The notes under the pieces are model-generated. The model saw only the letters and a list, made by a program, of their open reading frames with translations. It searched no databases and was not told the origin of the DNA. A program made the translations under genes and the position numbers. This document shows, one piece after another, positions 22,701-33,900 of a stretch of DNA of 64,000 bases (positions are counted from its first letter, which is position 1; each line of letters begins with the position of its first letter). Where the stretch lies: the NCBI GenBank assembly GCA_048128005.1, contig JBEUKZ010000125.1:248001-312000 (forward strand), read 5' to 3'. The DNA is from Veleropilina oligotropha (Eukaryota).

Positions 22701-23911
22701 AATGTATTAGCTAAAAATTACCCGCCTGTCGAAAATAATTACCCTCCTATTGCTTTTCTTATTGAAACCCCTGCTTTATATTACTACAATTTATAACCTC
22801 AAAATCAATGTATAATTATTTATAGTGTGAATAAAATTTATACTCCACATTAAACAACTTTCGGTGTATTGCATCGGTACACTGATATGGAAAACTCACA
22901 ATATAATGTCATCATTTCTTTATATTAATAAAACACAGTGTCAAACATTTTATTTGTACAATAAAATTTATACTGCACACTAAATAATTTTGGTGTATTG
23001 CATCAGTAGACTGATATGAGATAACTCACAATATAATGTCATCATTTCTTATATTAATAAAATACACACCGTGTCAAACATACACATAACGATATCTACT
23101 GTGAAACTGTCAACAACAACTGTCGGGATATAAGTTGCAAGTGTTCTCACAATAATAATAACAAAGTGTTGAAGACTCATACGAAAAAGTGTAAGGATAA
23201 TTCTTTACGATAATAGGTAAGTCAATTTTAATTTAATTTATATATCACTCATTTTATAATTAGTATTCAAGGAATGGTAAAATAAATTATTTACATAATA
23301 ATTAAAATACATTGAAATTAGGAGATATTTGTAACTATACATTGTCATATAATAATATACAGGTAGAATCAAATTCCATTTATTGCTTCACGTAATAATT
23401 ATAAATGTACTGCAAAATCTCTGATATTTATTTTGTCTGCCTAACAGCTGCCGAATTCGACCAGACAATCGCTAATCAGCCGCCAGGTGGAGGCGAGGCC
23501 TAATTGCGCATCTCCAGAGGCTCGCTACAGGGGGTCTCTGGGCTACAAACGCTTATTATGCTGGATTTTACAGTAATCTCATTTAGAGTAAAAGTAGATG
23601 GATTCTACAATAAATTGTTAAAAACATACTCCAAAAAAATATGAAAATAAATACTTTAAATAACGTTTCAGAAATTTGACAGCTGTCAAATGCGATCCCC
23701 ACGTGCGACCTCAAAAGTGTAAACATTGATGGGGTGTGCTAATTATCCATATGGTAGGATACATAAAAGGCGTAATATCGCGCATATGCGTTTAGGTTTC
23801 AATAGTTTTACCTATATGCGAGTCTTCGATGTGTTGAATCAGATCCGCCAGTGTAGGAAAGGTCAAACCACATCCTTGAAATTTACAATGGTTCAACAGG
23901 AAGACCGCCAT
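4776..23911 (-). CDS. JAZF1: JAZF1 zinc-finger protein, 335 aa; complement(join(4776..5283,11186..11314,17576..17672,19618..19718,21318..21390,23812..23911))
   Basis: Six exons with GT-AG introns and consistent phases (1008 nt in total). Translation reads MAVFLLNHCKFQGCGLTFPTLADLIQHIEDSHIDSDPRVLEK..LSYILRFFTDAARKE..GSEFDEEE..DSWTT..KPFACPVPGCKKRYKNVNGIKYHARHGH..FKCRCGKSYKTALGLRNH, matching the characteristic JAZF1 C2H2 fingers. Confidence 0.95.
5688..6024. mobile_element. MITE with long TIRs
   Basis: CTCTTTCG(T/G)TACTTCCCCCACAGCTCC inverted at both ends. Confidence 0.8.
6968..8885. mobile_element. HINE/Helentron-like element with internal tandem repeats
   Basis: GTCTCGC subterminal motif at both ends, tandem units containing CCAGAGTATCAGG, a (GAC)n tract and a terminal hairpin GTCTCGC..GCGAGAC followed by an A run. 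Confidence 0.65.
7522..8564 (+). mobile_element. Solo LTR, 1043 bp
   Basis: TGTTA...TAACA termini and a 4-bp TSD CAAG (7518-7521 and 8565-8568). It interrupts a host tandem unit and has TATAAA at about 8344 and AATAAA at about 8539. Confidence 0.8.
10142..10400 (-). mobile_element. Same SINE family, copy 2
   Basis: Near-identical to 869-1130; TSD TCTTTC(A/G)TGCAGTG. Confidence 0.9.
11393..11853. mobile_element. Kolobok-type MITE
   Basis: 29-bp TIR AGAGACTATT(G/T)CCCGTAAATGCGCTCTTT flanked by TTCA and TTAA. Confidence 0.8.
12309..12391 (+). repeat. Four 20-21-bp tandem copies of a SINE A-box head (ATCCGGTAGTGCAGTGTATAA)
   Basis: Read directly; a fifth copy continues at 17283, after the DIRS. 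Confidence 0.9.
12690..12780. repeat. DIRS internal complementary region (ICR)
   Basis: 12690-12742 is the exact reverse complement of 12392-12444, and 12743-12780 is the exact reverse complement of 17245-17282. Confidence 0.95.
13619..16576 (-). CDS. DIRS tyrosine recombinase ORF (985 codons; recombinase in the C-terminal third, N-terminal part overlaps pol in another frame)
   Basis: Catalytic residues R (ASGRRCSEI), K (LAKNQ), HxxR (AHEVR), W (GYWK) and Y (FVKHYL) are present, preceded by a core-binding region (YDYRWVKYVDWC..SAVKGYRATI). The true start codon is unknown. Confidence 0.88.
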   Translation of the reverse strand: MPAPAGGSVPVSTQPALARADRQQLGPLSRECRIQVGIQPASDPNRGTTNKTRSPPKRRETSGLRPGSAGFAPKKSDISRAAQHTRILQPFLPGPETRWPLETDPRSLVPKPISSYREIPARNPLEDSSGHPSGRLGSVYRSRRRVSACPDAYHGSSVPSVYTRGDDLPIQVPTVRSIVSPVRLHENSTGPGGLPTLSRAQGTYVPRRLADPRGVPRSVPPVYELYPVIDEAPGISDQRDKILLRALDDVYVPRSRLRYGPVHREADPEAYAEPTRGYPRHPVIGHNYGATTGHCPGAHRVGSAPATDGSHGQKTVTTGFQGSLDTTDGAVEGSHRSTALVYRHDSSVVEPRFAGPVGSYIPTRAERLPVHRRFERRLGWSPRQLRDIRPMADRPSGTTYQLPRVRSRLPVSTVPLVTSPQQAYNARHGQHDCRRLHTAPGRYTLASPMRPSNRPTPLSDVPQLDDSSPTHPGKAECQSGFALSEITDYTHRVDATQPSSSGCLPPVVATPSRLVCNRIQLPTTSVCLPVPRPGRPGGRRNVNDMGESVRVCLPPDVHSITGITEGSDRTLRDNANSAPLSHATLVSDPPRSDRRSTVSVTAETRPVNATTHPCTPRVAEPLTFTRLAVIERSLAKKGFSKATALRIYRSRRISTTKVYDYRWVKYVDWCHSRQINILRPPVNKFIEFLSSLFDRGMSVSAVKGYRATIATTLKQCRAHAGLSSDRTISDFIRSYELEIPTRRIKPPAWNIVLILNALLLPPYEPMSEITMRNLTHKTVFLIALASGRRCSEIHAFSSELRDIRFQSDGSVILRPILGFLAKNQRPNEDAPEVVIPKLTLVGRRDADRFNCPVRALRFYLDRTRELRQGKLRLFISYLPTYTRDITRTTVSRWISQTVRDVYIRCDDDDRTILSVRAHEVRAIAASVAFRHNLHINALLQAGYWKNANVFVKHYLRDYSTGADGLSSLHCVAAQRVIVRPRSSNQ
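14530..16560 (-). CDS. DIRS pol: reverse transcriptase, RNase H and adenine-methyltransferase-like domain (676 codons, GTG-initiated frame)
   Basis: RT motifs WRPILDL, IDLADAYLH, LPFGLSSAP, YLDD; RNase H motifs TDAS, HINFLELEAV, ATDN, ADSLSR; MT-like motifs VDLFAT and YAFPP. No internal stops. Confidence 0.93.
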   Translation of the reverse strand: MGACLLAHSQPWLELTDSNWVHLVVSAGYKLAFNRHPTLTEAPPTRHARLLNGEKQAVLDQAVRDLLLKRAIYPAPPSTPGFYSHFFLVPKPDGRWRPILDLSYLNLYLRTEKFQQETLSKIRAAIRPGDWAASIDLADAYLHVPMHITAHQYLRFIHGETIYQFRCLPFGLSSAPYVFTRTVQALGAFLHSLGHRVHMYLDDWLILGASRDLCLRSTSFTLSSTKRLGFQINETKSCFVPSTTFTFLGVDFDTVRYTAKPTQKRMRNLRAVIQDTLSSDITTARQLATVLGHIESVAPLLPTGRMDKRPLQQAFRDRWIQRTGQWKDRIDLRHWFTDTTAVWLNPALPDQSVPISPPEPNAYLFTDASNDGWGGHLDSYETSGLWPTDLQGRHINFLELEAVFLSVRSLSSHLRNKHIMLATDNTTVVAYIQHQGGTRSRPLCDRAIDLHRLVMSLNSTIRARHIPGKLNVRADSLSRRSQIIHTEWTLHSRVARDVCRRWSQPQVDLFATEFNYRLPLYVSPYPDPAALAVDAMSMTWENLSAYAFPPTCILSLVLQKAATERCEITLIAPLYRTQPWFPTLLDLIVDRPLALPQKLDLLMQPRTRVLHESPNHLRLHAWRLSNDPLLRKDFLKLQPYVSIDREGFPLQKSMTTDGLSTWIGVTAGRSIYSVPL
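16604..16969 (-). pseudogene. DIRS gag, C-terminal remnant only
   Basis: YALLLRRDACLEG..SLRCVPCSATTLFG followed by a K/R/P-rich tail resembles a DIRS gag C-terminus. It is directly preceded by an in-frame TAG and has no in-frame ATG. Confidence 0.7.
17283..17535 (+). mobile_element. tRNA-derived SINE split by the DIRS insertion
   Basis: A-box TAGTGCAGTG, B-box GGTTCGAATCC (about 17353) and a TCTCCCACGATAAT core similar to the other SINEs in the window. The 3' end is approximate. Confidence 0.7.
17874..19187. mobile_element. Non-autonomous hAT-like element with 6-bp TSD GTAATA
   Basis: TIR CAGGGCG(T/C)GA; GTAATA on both flanks. Confidence 0.7.
18089..18425 (-). mobile_element. Internally deleted Tc1/mariner element
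   Basis: TIR CAGGGTGTTTCAAAAGTA(T/C)ATGTCACAT with TA TSD; retains a transposase C-terminus KTRITEALATVDHDMLVRVWQEMDYRLDVCRVTDGAHIEHL. Confidence 0.88.
20037..21037. mobile_element. piggyBac-type non-autonomous element, copy 1
   Basis: TTAA TSD and TIR CCCTTAACCG; a near-identical second copy lies at 33479-35628. Confidence 0.9.
21520..21728 (-). mobile_element. tRNA-derived SINE with four tandem 28-bp copies of its A-box head
   Basis: On the minus strand, GTGCCGCCGTGGCTCAGTGGGTTGTTAT x4 (21617-21728), then a B-box-like GCGTTCGCCCC and a (TAA)n tail. Confidence 0.7.
21959..22219 (-). mobile_element. Same SINE family, copy 3
   Basis: Near-identical to copies 1 and 2; no clear TSD. Confidence 0.88.
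22596..22773. mobile_element. Short MITE with 6-bp TSD CTTTAT
   Basis: TIR CAGGGGT(G/T)TCA; CTTTAT on both flanks. Confidence 0.75.
22830..23081. repeat. Tandem duplication of about 130 bp
   Basis: AATAAAATTTATACT..CTCACAATATAATGTCATCATTTCTT..GTGTCAAACAT occurs twice. Confidence 0.8.
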
Positions 23912-25544
23912 TTGCATCTCTATTATCAGCCTCGTTTTGATAACAAATTATTCCGCGAAATAGGATCGTAATATTTCGTAATGCTTCGGTTCGAAAAGAT
24001 ATATTTTGCGATCGATTCTACAACATTGTTAAATTCGCGAATATAGTTAAAGCATCACATAGTTTCATCGAGTAAACAATACGTTGACAATCTTGCATTT
24101 ACTATTTTATTTGTACATGTGAGGAGCATTACAAGTTATAAGATCGAGCACTAACTGCGAAACGATACCATTTCCGTTACTCATATAAAAATAATTGGAC
24201 TAATTTCGACTAACAACATCATCGCGCAGCGGCACACAACATCTTCGATAACATTTGTTCATAAGTCATAAGTGAGACATTTTCAACCACCATAAAGACA
24301 ATTAATGAACTACAACCTGTCTTGTTTCAGAAAATGCTAATCTATGAGATCTTAAAATTGATTTACTATTCCTGGTAATGTGATTCCAATACTTTATTTT
24401 GTGTCTTTTTTAAAACCTATTTTTGCCCCCTAGCTACTGTTACTTTGATTTGTTGAAATAAACAATTCGTATCAACATTATGAATGTGTTCTTATAAAGA
24501 GTTTAAATAACTGAATCATGTCACCTTTATCATTCTCAAAGTAAATGTAGTCAGACAAAAGTTCTCTGTCTATCCCCATAAGTTATTACCCTCGCCTCCG
24601 GAGGAGAGGCGAGGGTATTTCAATCGGTTCCGTATGTATGTATGTCCATTCGCATAACTCGATAACCATTGATCCGATTTACTTGAAATGTTCACACAAT
24701 GTAGGGTTTCTCCGTGGCTCGGTCCTCCTCGAAGATGGTCCGGATTGTGACCCGGGTTATGACGCAATATCCGGTTTACAGGTTTTCGGCTGTAGCGTTA
24801 AAACGTTTCATCGTACAAACATCAAAATAGGCTCCAATTTTTTTTTAGATCAGGGGCCAATGACAGCATGAATTATATAGAATCTATCTCACACAAGATG
24901 GCCGCCACGGGGATTTAAAATAAAAAAAATAGGGGGTCAATTTCTAATTTCGCCAAATCGAATTAAATTATGTAAATTCGTTATGCAAATCATAGTCATG
25001 ATGAAATGATATTGATATAAGCAAAAATAATGTGAAATGTGAACTTTATAAGCTTTTTAGAAATCAACCAACGCAAATTGCAAATAAATGCAGTAAATAT
25101 GTAACCACTAAAACCAGACACCTCAAATTTTACCAAGTGACAGAGTGGGACATTATCTACAACTCTTATCGATATACTTTATGTGTTTGGGGGAATTTAT
25201 AGCAATAATTTTTGTTCCGAAGCAAAATAGTCGAGACGTTGCGATATTTGTGATAGCTCTTAAATACCGTAATCTATCTTTTAAAAATTTTCAGGTATAT
25301 CGCTTTAGTAACTATTGAATCATTGCGAGTTAAGTATTGTCAACTTCTGCAAAATTTGCAAATACAAAAATGTAACACCAAATATAAATAGCCTAAATTA
25401 GCCGTGTGTATGGCACAAACGGTTAAGGCGTTGGCGAAAGATCTAGAGGTCAGGGGTTCGATTCCCATTACCTCCAAAATATTTTTTTATTTTCATTTAA
25501 ATTTTGTTATTCCTTATTATATTTTGGCCTTTTTGTAAAAAATG

Positions 25545-26270
25545 TCTACCAAATATGAAAGGTGTAGGTCGGTTTGTCTTCTATGTGACAGAAACCAATC
25601 TTCGAAGTCAAGAACGGAAATATACGAAAATGACCTTGACATTTGACCCAGTGACCGCATCTTTTCATTTAGGCAAGGCCTGATGGTATACAACGTGTAT
25701 AGCAAGTATGAAAAGCGTAGGTCCAGCGGTTCGTCTTCTATTTTACAGAAAGCAATCTTCCATGTCAAGAACGGAAATACAAAAATGATCTTGACCTTTG
25801 ACTCCATCTTGGAAGTTATGCAAGGCCTGATGATACACAAGGTGTATACCAAATATGAAAAGCGTAGGTCCCGCGGTTTGTCTTCTATTTGACAGAGAGC
25901 AATATTCCAATTCAAGAACGGTAATACACGAAAATGACCTTTGACCAGTCACTCCATCTTTAATCTTAGACAAGGCCTGATGGTATACAAGGTGGATATC
26001 AAATATGAAAAGCGTGCGTCCAGCGGTTAGTCTTCTATTTGACAGAAAGCAATCTTCCAAGTCCAGATTGGAAATACTTAATATTTGACCCAGTGACCCC
26101 ATCTTTGAACTTAGGAAAGGCCTGATGGTATACAAGGTGTATACCAAATATGAAAAGCGTAGGTCCAGCGGTTTGTCTTCTATGTGACAGAAAACGATCA
26201 GCGGACGCCAACGCCTACGCCGACGGACGCCAGTCCACGACTATAGCCCTGCCTATCAGGCGGGCCAAAA
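25545..26270. repeat. HINE-like element with tandem units of about 147 bp
   Basis: AGGCCTGATGGTATACAAGG..GAAAAGCGTAGGTCC repeated 4-5 times, then a GACGCC tract, a hairpin and an A run. Another HINE-like head lies at about 24584. Confidence 0.7.
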
Positions 26271-26836
26271 ACCCCATAATGCTGGAAGCCGAGGCGCTAT
26301 AGAAGATGTGGAGAGTTTCACATATCTTGGCAGCGTCATTGACAAGCAAGGTGACACAGATGCAGACATTAAAATACGAATTGGCAAGCCAAGATTGAAG
26401 AATGACTTTCCATCAGCTGAAGATATCGAGCATCTGGGGATCCACCAATCGGAAAACAAACATCCAGATCAGGATCTTCAACACCATCGTGAAGCCTGTC
26501 TTGCTTTATGAAGCAGAGTCGTGGTTTCTTCGGATACGCTGGCAATACAGAATCACCAACAGCCTGCAGAAGAGGAGATACCCCAAAGGCAATGCAGATG
26601 GATTAATAATACGCTCCGCGAGCCTGCATTCAGCACTACAAGGCAAACTCTCACCTGAATCCCACAAGGGAAAATGAAGAGAGGCCGTCCAAGGAATACC
26701 TGGCGCCGTGTCCTGAAGGCAGACATGGAGATGAGAGGCCGCACATGGGGACAACTGAAGCAATGGCTCAGGACCGAGATAGTTGGATAGCGCATATGGC
26801 CAAGCCGGACCAACAGGCGGAGATGATGATGAGATG
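26271..26836 (+). mobile_element. RTE-clade LINE, 5'-truncated and frameshifted 3' fragment
   Basis: Peptides EDVESFTYLGSVIDKQG..DIKIRIGK, RIFNTIVKPVLLYEAESW and KRGRPRNTWRR, followed by a (GAT)n tail. Confidence 0.85.
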
Positions 26837-27686
26837 ACTTACAGTACTTATAATTGCCTCTTCACACCGTTATTTTTTTTTTAAATCCTCTACGTACCTA
26901 GGGCCCCGCCGCCACGCGGACATATATCCGAAAAGTTAAATCCTCATTTTTTCAAAATCCTGTATCCGCCCCTGTCGGATTAATTTGGAATCGGTAATTA
27001 ATGAGAGGGTGTCTCGTGCATATGTTACATTAACAATGGTCACGTATAACAGCCTGTGTGCACAATATAATTTATTTTACGGGCACGTACGTGGGGTGCG
27101 TAACGGTGAGCGGTACAATACCGGGAAAGTATAAAATACCAATTGACAAATCTATAGCATACATTTGCGTAACGAGTTCAATAAATTGAATTATTTATCG
27201 CATTCCCAAATGTGATGTTCAATTGATAGGCCTACCTGTAAAATTGAATGACGTCATCTATATTTCCAATAATGAATTATTTTTATTACACAATGCATGA
27301 TAGAAATAAAATTTAAAAACTGCAGCATGAGTGCGCTTCAATAAATACTTATTAATTATGTAAGAAAATTTGACATAACCCTATATATATATTATGTACC
27401 GTATATGCGAATTTGGAAAATAATATTATATTGGTAAATAATTTGGTAAATAATATTGCCAACTATAGACGACGTTTAATATACAAATTGTTGCAACTCC
27501 CGATCACAAACACCACTTCATTAACATTAATCAACAGTTACATGCATGTGGAAGTGTTGGAGCCTACGCATCATAATCCATGTTATCTGAAATCAAAATT
27601 TATCATTTCATTTCATTTGCCAATCTCACATTTGCAACAATCCGCCATAAAAGGGAATCCCTCTACCGGCAATTCGAGTTGATTTC

Positions 27687-27724
27687 TGCGCATGCGCTTA
27701 GACGATCTCTTTGCCGGCACATCG
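27687..27724 (+). promoter_or_regulatory. Probable ATP5MC core promoter and short non-coding first exon
   Basis: NRF1-type TGCGCATGCGC (27687-27697), then a pyrimidine initiator TCTCTTTG (about 27706) and donor CG|GTAAGA at 27724/27725. An acceptor TTTCAG ends at 27914, upstream of the ATG. Confidence 0.6.
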
Positions 27725-27944
27725 GTAAGATAAAAGTATATTGTTGTGGTCGCAATCCATTAATTACCATACAATCCCCGTACATCATACTTTGAAAATA
27801 TTGTAAATAAAATATGTACATTCCATTTAATATTCCCTCCCGATAATTTTCACTGATCCGCTAAGTGATTGTGATTTGGATAAATTTATACAACCAGCCG
27901 ACATTTTATTTCAGGTCAAGTTAGCTGCAAGTACAGAATTCAAG

Positions 27945-30900
27945 ATGTATTCTTGCACCAAATTCATTGTTCCAGCGGCGCGGTGTGTGGTCAGTATTTT
28001 AAAACCCATTCTGTCACATTTTATAATTACGGGTATATTGTTGACATTTGCTAATTGTTTTAGAAGCGTTAAATGTTCTACCCTTGGCCAAGCTCGGGCA
28101 TGTCTAAATTTGAAGTTTGCAGACGGCGTTCTATTTTAAAATATGAGATGGTTGAATTTGACATTTTCTGGGTAGATTATGTTAAACTATTGGTGGATTG
28201 TAATATATATCCAAAGTTGTTGCATTAATACGATATAGGCCTATGCTCCCAATGTCGGGTTACTTGAGTTTGACCTTGAGAAGTTCAGTCATGTCAATAG
28301 AGTTGTGATCGGTTACTCCCCTTTTCACCACTTGACAGTTTGATACCGAGACAGAATTTGTGGGCACTGGTTGGTTTATTAATTATTAGTATATATATAA
28401 ATGTTCATCAATGTTAAAATATTGTTCAACATTAGAAAAATGTGGGGCCATTCAATTTTATAGATGTCAGTAATTAGTTGCATTCCAGCGAGTTTTACAA
28501 AGTAATGGAAGTCTATGAATATTTGGCACAAGTCAAATTTATATTTAAACATTCTTTTCACAAAACGTAAGGCAAATGTCACAATTGGCATTACTTATGT
28601 ACATTTTTGTTAAAACACTAAGTAAATGACTCGCCCCAATTTTACGTTTTTGATTGATATTGTGAAGCGGGCGGCGACACTGGCAATACCTATTTATGTT
28701 ATAATACTGATGGTATTTTTTCAGGCTGCCACTAACAGTCGAGCAGTGTTGAGACCACTTGGAGGATCGATAGTTGCCAACAAAGAGGTAGAGGTTCTAT
28801 GTTTTATTCATTGCAATATTGTACAATGTCTGAAGCTTTAATAATATCACTTCTTGACATGTAGTCAATGAAAAGTTATGTCATAATATTAATAGCTTGT
28901 AAGTAACCTTTTTGAACAAGTTGCAATTAGCCAGTGGATTGAGAATCATTTATTTGAATCATTTTTTACAAAATCCAAAAGGTGAAAAAAAAACATTCTA
29001 TCGCTTCACCTGTTAATATTTATAGCAAGACAATCAAAAGTCCCGTGTACATGACAATGTAAACCGATTCACATCTGAGTCGGTTTAGATCTAAACTGGT
29101 TCAGAAATGTTTACACATAAAACAAAACGTAAACAGATTTAGACGAGTCGCATTGTGCACAAGCATCGATGTAGTGAGCGTTGCCTAGTTACAATCCAAC
29201 ATGTACTGAGTGACGTTAATATTTCTACAAAGTGACCAAGACATTGACTTTACTTGCGAACTTTTGTAATAACAGGTTTACCGGTACTAAGTCAAAATTA
29301 GCCTACCTCCAATGGTTATGGGCATATAATATATGATGGTAAATATCTATGTTATGTGTTGATCCATATCAAGATGCGCCCAGATGCATGCATTGTTCCC
29401 CATAAATTGTTATTAATACGGTACTCTCTTTTTCTGATTAGACTTAGTTGAGTATTTATCGGAAGGCGGTGGATATTATTTGTTTTAATTCAAATACAAG
29501 CAAATTCGCTACACTTCGGTACCGTATGTGTAGGAAAAGAGCAGACGCTTGATTTGTGTGCGCGCATGCTCAAAGCATCTTCTCATCTGAATCTACTCGA
29601 CAAGGTCTACTAGAGTCTATTCGGACCATTTCCACTGCAAAAATCTAAACCGGTTTGGCTTTCAAACAGACTCTCACCTACATGAGTCCGTTTAGAACTG
29701 AGTCGGTTCAAGTCGCTTTGGGTGTTTAGATCCAACTCTATTTAAACCGGTTTACTTGTTGTCGTGTAAAAGTGGTAAAAGATTGACCCTTGAAGAAATG
29801 AAATGAAATCTGACTTTACTTTCAAAACATTTTATTTAGCATCATGATCGCAAGTATCGGACAGTACATATGTCATGGTAAAATGCCTATCGAAAATGGA
29901 TGAGATTCATAATGTGTGGAATTTGACTGAGAACACCATGACGTTAAATAGGAAGTCTGTATGATGAAGAGTTTTAAACTATACATTCCATCTTGTGTAA
30001 ATTGTTCGATTAAATCTGATCAATTGTTTTAAATATGAAATCTGCTCGCATGCAAATGGGCAAAAGAACCCAATTGCATTTCCCTCGCATTGCTCTCTGG
30101 TTGCGAGGGAAATAATAGGCGGCTTGTCGGATCTTATTTCTTGAAGAAAGCATGATATTTTTGCTAATTATGTATCTTTGTAAAAAGTTTACTTTATAGG
30201 AATAATTAATAGCATTTGATTTGTCTAAAGGATAGTGCCAATATATTTGCACACAATATCTCAGTAATTGCAGATTATTTTTCAAAAGTGGTTAGACGTA
30301 CTTCTTTCACTGTAGTCCCGCATCTGCTGATAGTGTGTAGTTTCCTGGATATTTTGGGCTTCAATTTCACGATAAAATCACAATCATTTGACGTTGCCCT
30401 GACTAGTATTTACAATGACAACACAACTGTGATATTTATTTCTGCATGGTTTTCAGAGTGCGTCCCAGAGTAGTTGCAGCCTCACCACATACAGCGGACT
30501 ATCTGGTCTGAACATGTCGCCCATGAACACATCAAATGCAGTATCTATTTTACAAAATCAGGTCAGTGCAGGTTTCATTTTAAGGTATCACACTCCACTG
30601 AAAAAAGTGATTTTTTGATAATCATTCCTGATTACTAAAACATCCCACAAATGTTTCCTTCCAGGGTATGATCACCAGACAAAGCGGAAAAAAAATATTT
30701 TTTAGGTCATGTGACTACCTGTAACCATGGAAATGGCGGCCATTTGCATATTTTCATATTTCTGCTAACTTTTCTTAGGAAATCAAAATTTAAGAAAGTA
30801 AACATTCTATTGGGTCAAATGTCATTTATATTAGTTAAACATATATAATTGAGTGACATCAGCTAGATAAAATACTTAAAAAAGATTTTTAAAGTATTTT

Positions 30901-33900
30901 AAATCATATTTCAAAATGGCCGTCATTAAATGAGTGATTTTTTTTTTTTTAAATGCTTGTAATTTTTTTTTTTTGGCGAATAACATTAATTCTTCTAGCC
31001 AGTGTCATTCCAAATCTTCTGTTGAATGTATCTGCCAATTTTTAATTCAATAGGTCTAATATTTCTATACAAATTTGATTTCCTAAGCATGTAAAAACAG
31101 CTAAAATTGTCATTCTGAGATAATTAGCGTTAAAGAATTGACACCTAATTAATTGTATTACCTGTTATGAATTCAGACACTGTGACTTGCTGTAGTGATT
31201 CTGGATGTTATGATGAATATATAGTACAATTTTCATTGATACAGTTCCAGCCCTCGCAATTAGGAAAAATCCAGGTCGGCAAATTTTTTAAAACTTTTCT
31301 GTTAACACAATGCTTAAATCTTGTTTAAATACATAAATTAAGAATGTTTTAACCGTTGTTTCTGTGTATATTTATCTTGAATTAATTTGCTATTTAGCCA
31401 ACATATGATATTGTTTAAATTTTGAGCGAACGGGAGACACCCACACACGCAGCATCGCGCACGTGTTACCAAACGTTTACCTCACCTGTTCGCGTGACGA
31501 ATATTGAGTAGCAAAATCTTTTTTTTAAATCTCAATTTGGTAGATGATAAAGTGACAATAGAATCAGCAAATATCTTTATTTACAATAAGCGCGTGGAAT
31601 AAATATATGACAGGCAGTGTCATCTTATTGCTAAGTCAAATTGTACACGTTATTTCTGCCCGTTGGCCGTGGTCACTAATCGCGTACCCCGCAGCGACCG
31701 ACGCGCTGCGTGTTCATATCTGAATCTGAATAAATACTAAGTAGACCCAATTCTGGGATAAAGTTCATAAGTCTCTAAATCTATTTAAATTAATATTTAA
31801 TCATTAAATGGTATCTTAAATTGGTTATATGCCATTTTATCCAAAAGAAAGATTACCACATTGTAAGTTGGAAACATAGCACGAGACAATTTTCAAATCA
31901 TCTAAGCCCTAAACGTATTATTTTGGAAACGCGATTTTAATCCGTGACCTAGTAATTTATAAATAGCGTACATGTGCGAATGGAGCGCTTGAGTGTTGAA
32001 AACTTGTGATGTTAGCGATTTATTGGTGAACATTTCAACCAGGATGCACAATATACAAAGCAGGTAAAGAGACGCAACTTAACAAGTTATGAATAAATAT
32101 TGTAATTAGTATAATATATATGAACAGACCTTTTAGCAAGATAAATCGAGGTCGGCAAATTTTTGCCGACCTCGTAAGCTTGCAGGTCGGCAACGAGGTC
32201 GGCATTGCCGAATGCCGACCTTAATTCCGAGGGCTGCAGTTCTAATAATTTGTCAAAATTGATTTCATTGGCATGGCGAACCTGTCAAATTTGGCATCGA
32301 GGAATGCGGGTTTTCCATTTTCATACGAGTAAAAAGTCTATCATTCAACATTGTATATATATTATATATATATGAATTGAATTTCTATCTACACACAATG
32401 ACATCAATGATTATGATGAAGGAAGAATATTTCCCATTCATAATCATTGATGTCATTGTGTGTAGATAGAAATTCAATTCATATATATATAATATATATA
32501 CAATGTCAATCATACAATGTGTCCAAAATTACCGAAAGTTGTTTGTACATACGTTGCAAACTATCAATTTACAATATTTACAATCTTGAACAATAATGTC
32601 CATGTAATTTGAATGAAGTGATCAGCTATTGAAGGCCCCTGCATCATACAGTGTTCCTTCAACCTTCTCTCTTTCATCAGCCTTTGTGGCATTATCCAGT
32701 TTCTTTCTTTTTCGTTTGTTCTTAATTTCAGGGGACATCTGCCGTTCTGCTGCCCTGACCCGTTTATGCGTGGCACATTTCATGTGTTGCTGGAGATTGG
32801 ATCCCGTATCGACAGATAAATGATTTAAAACTTGACTAAATCCATGGGGTCCATTGTTAAATTCCATGGTGGCCATGGCTACTGCCGTGTCTATGGTGTT
32901 CTTAGATGAAGGTTCGGTCTTGGGACACCTACGCCAAATCTGTCCATTAAAACATTCATTGGCATTCTGAGTTTTCATTCGAGAACATCGTTCGAGCAGC
33001 AGTGGATCGGTCAGACGTTGATACAGCGGCAGTAGCTTCTCAGCATATTCCTTCTTCATTGTGGGAGTGTGCTTTCGGAAAGGTTCCCCTTTCGACTCGG
33101 CTCTTTTATAGTGGCACCAGGAGTTCTCCCCAGTTGGGCAATGGGTGTGATGAGGATTTCATCTGTTGAGACCATATGAAAGAGTGATGCAAATACACCA
33201 TTTCGCATTGCAGTGGGGTCAGGGGCATACTTCTTCAAGGCTTGAGCATAGTAGCCACTCAGCTTCTTCTGAACATGGGCAGTGATCTTCCCTTTTCCTG
33301 TAATGGAATCCGATGTCCCTTTATACTGATTCTCGAGTGTCTCGATGCCTTTCCAGACGCGTTTCGCAATATGATTGACACGATCTTCTTTTACGATTTC
33401 TTCATCATATACTTTTTCTGCATTTAGGGTGTTGACGGTTTTGGCATCGCCATCACAAAGTACCGTTAAATATTTTAACCCTTAACCGCCAGCCAAATTT
33501 TACGGAATGTGAGGTATATAGCTTGTCATGGATAATGTACTATACCATATAAAATATTGCTTGCAAGCACATATACTTATATATTTTCTGAAAGATAATT
33601 GAATAGGCTATATAATAGTGCTTTGAAATTTGTTTGTAGAGTAAAAAATTTGCATACCGTATATACTCGCGTATAAGACGATGTTTTTTATCAAATATAT
33701 CAACTCAATAGTTAGGGGGTCGTCTTATAGGCGAGACCATACATTTGATCAAACTAAATCGGACTCAAAATACATGAAAATTACGGGTAGCCGTCATATC
33801 CATCATTTTGTGCACAACGTATTTCTCTTCTGCTGAACACGTGTCGCGTTATCGGCCGCCATGTTGAAATTTTTTAATCTCGAATCGATTTGTTTTTACA

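Noticed and set aside
25401..25476. tRNA gene
   Set aside because: A- and B-box-like motifs are present, but the acceptor and anticodon stems do not pair; it is a tRNA-like fragment within repeats.
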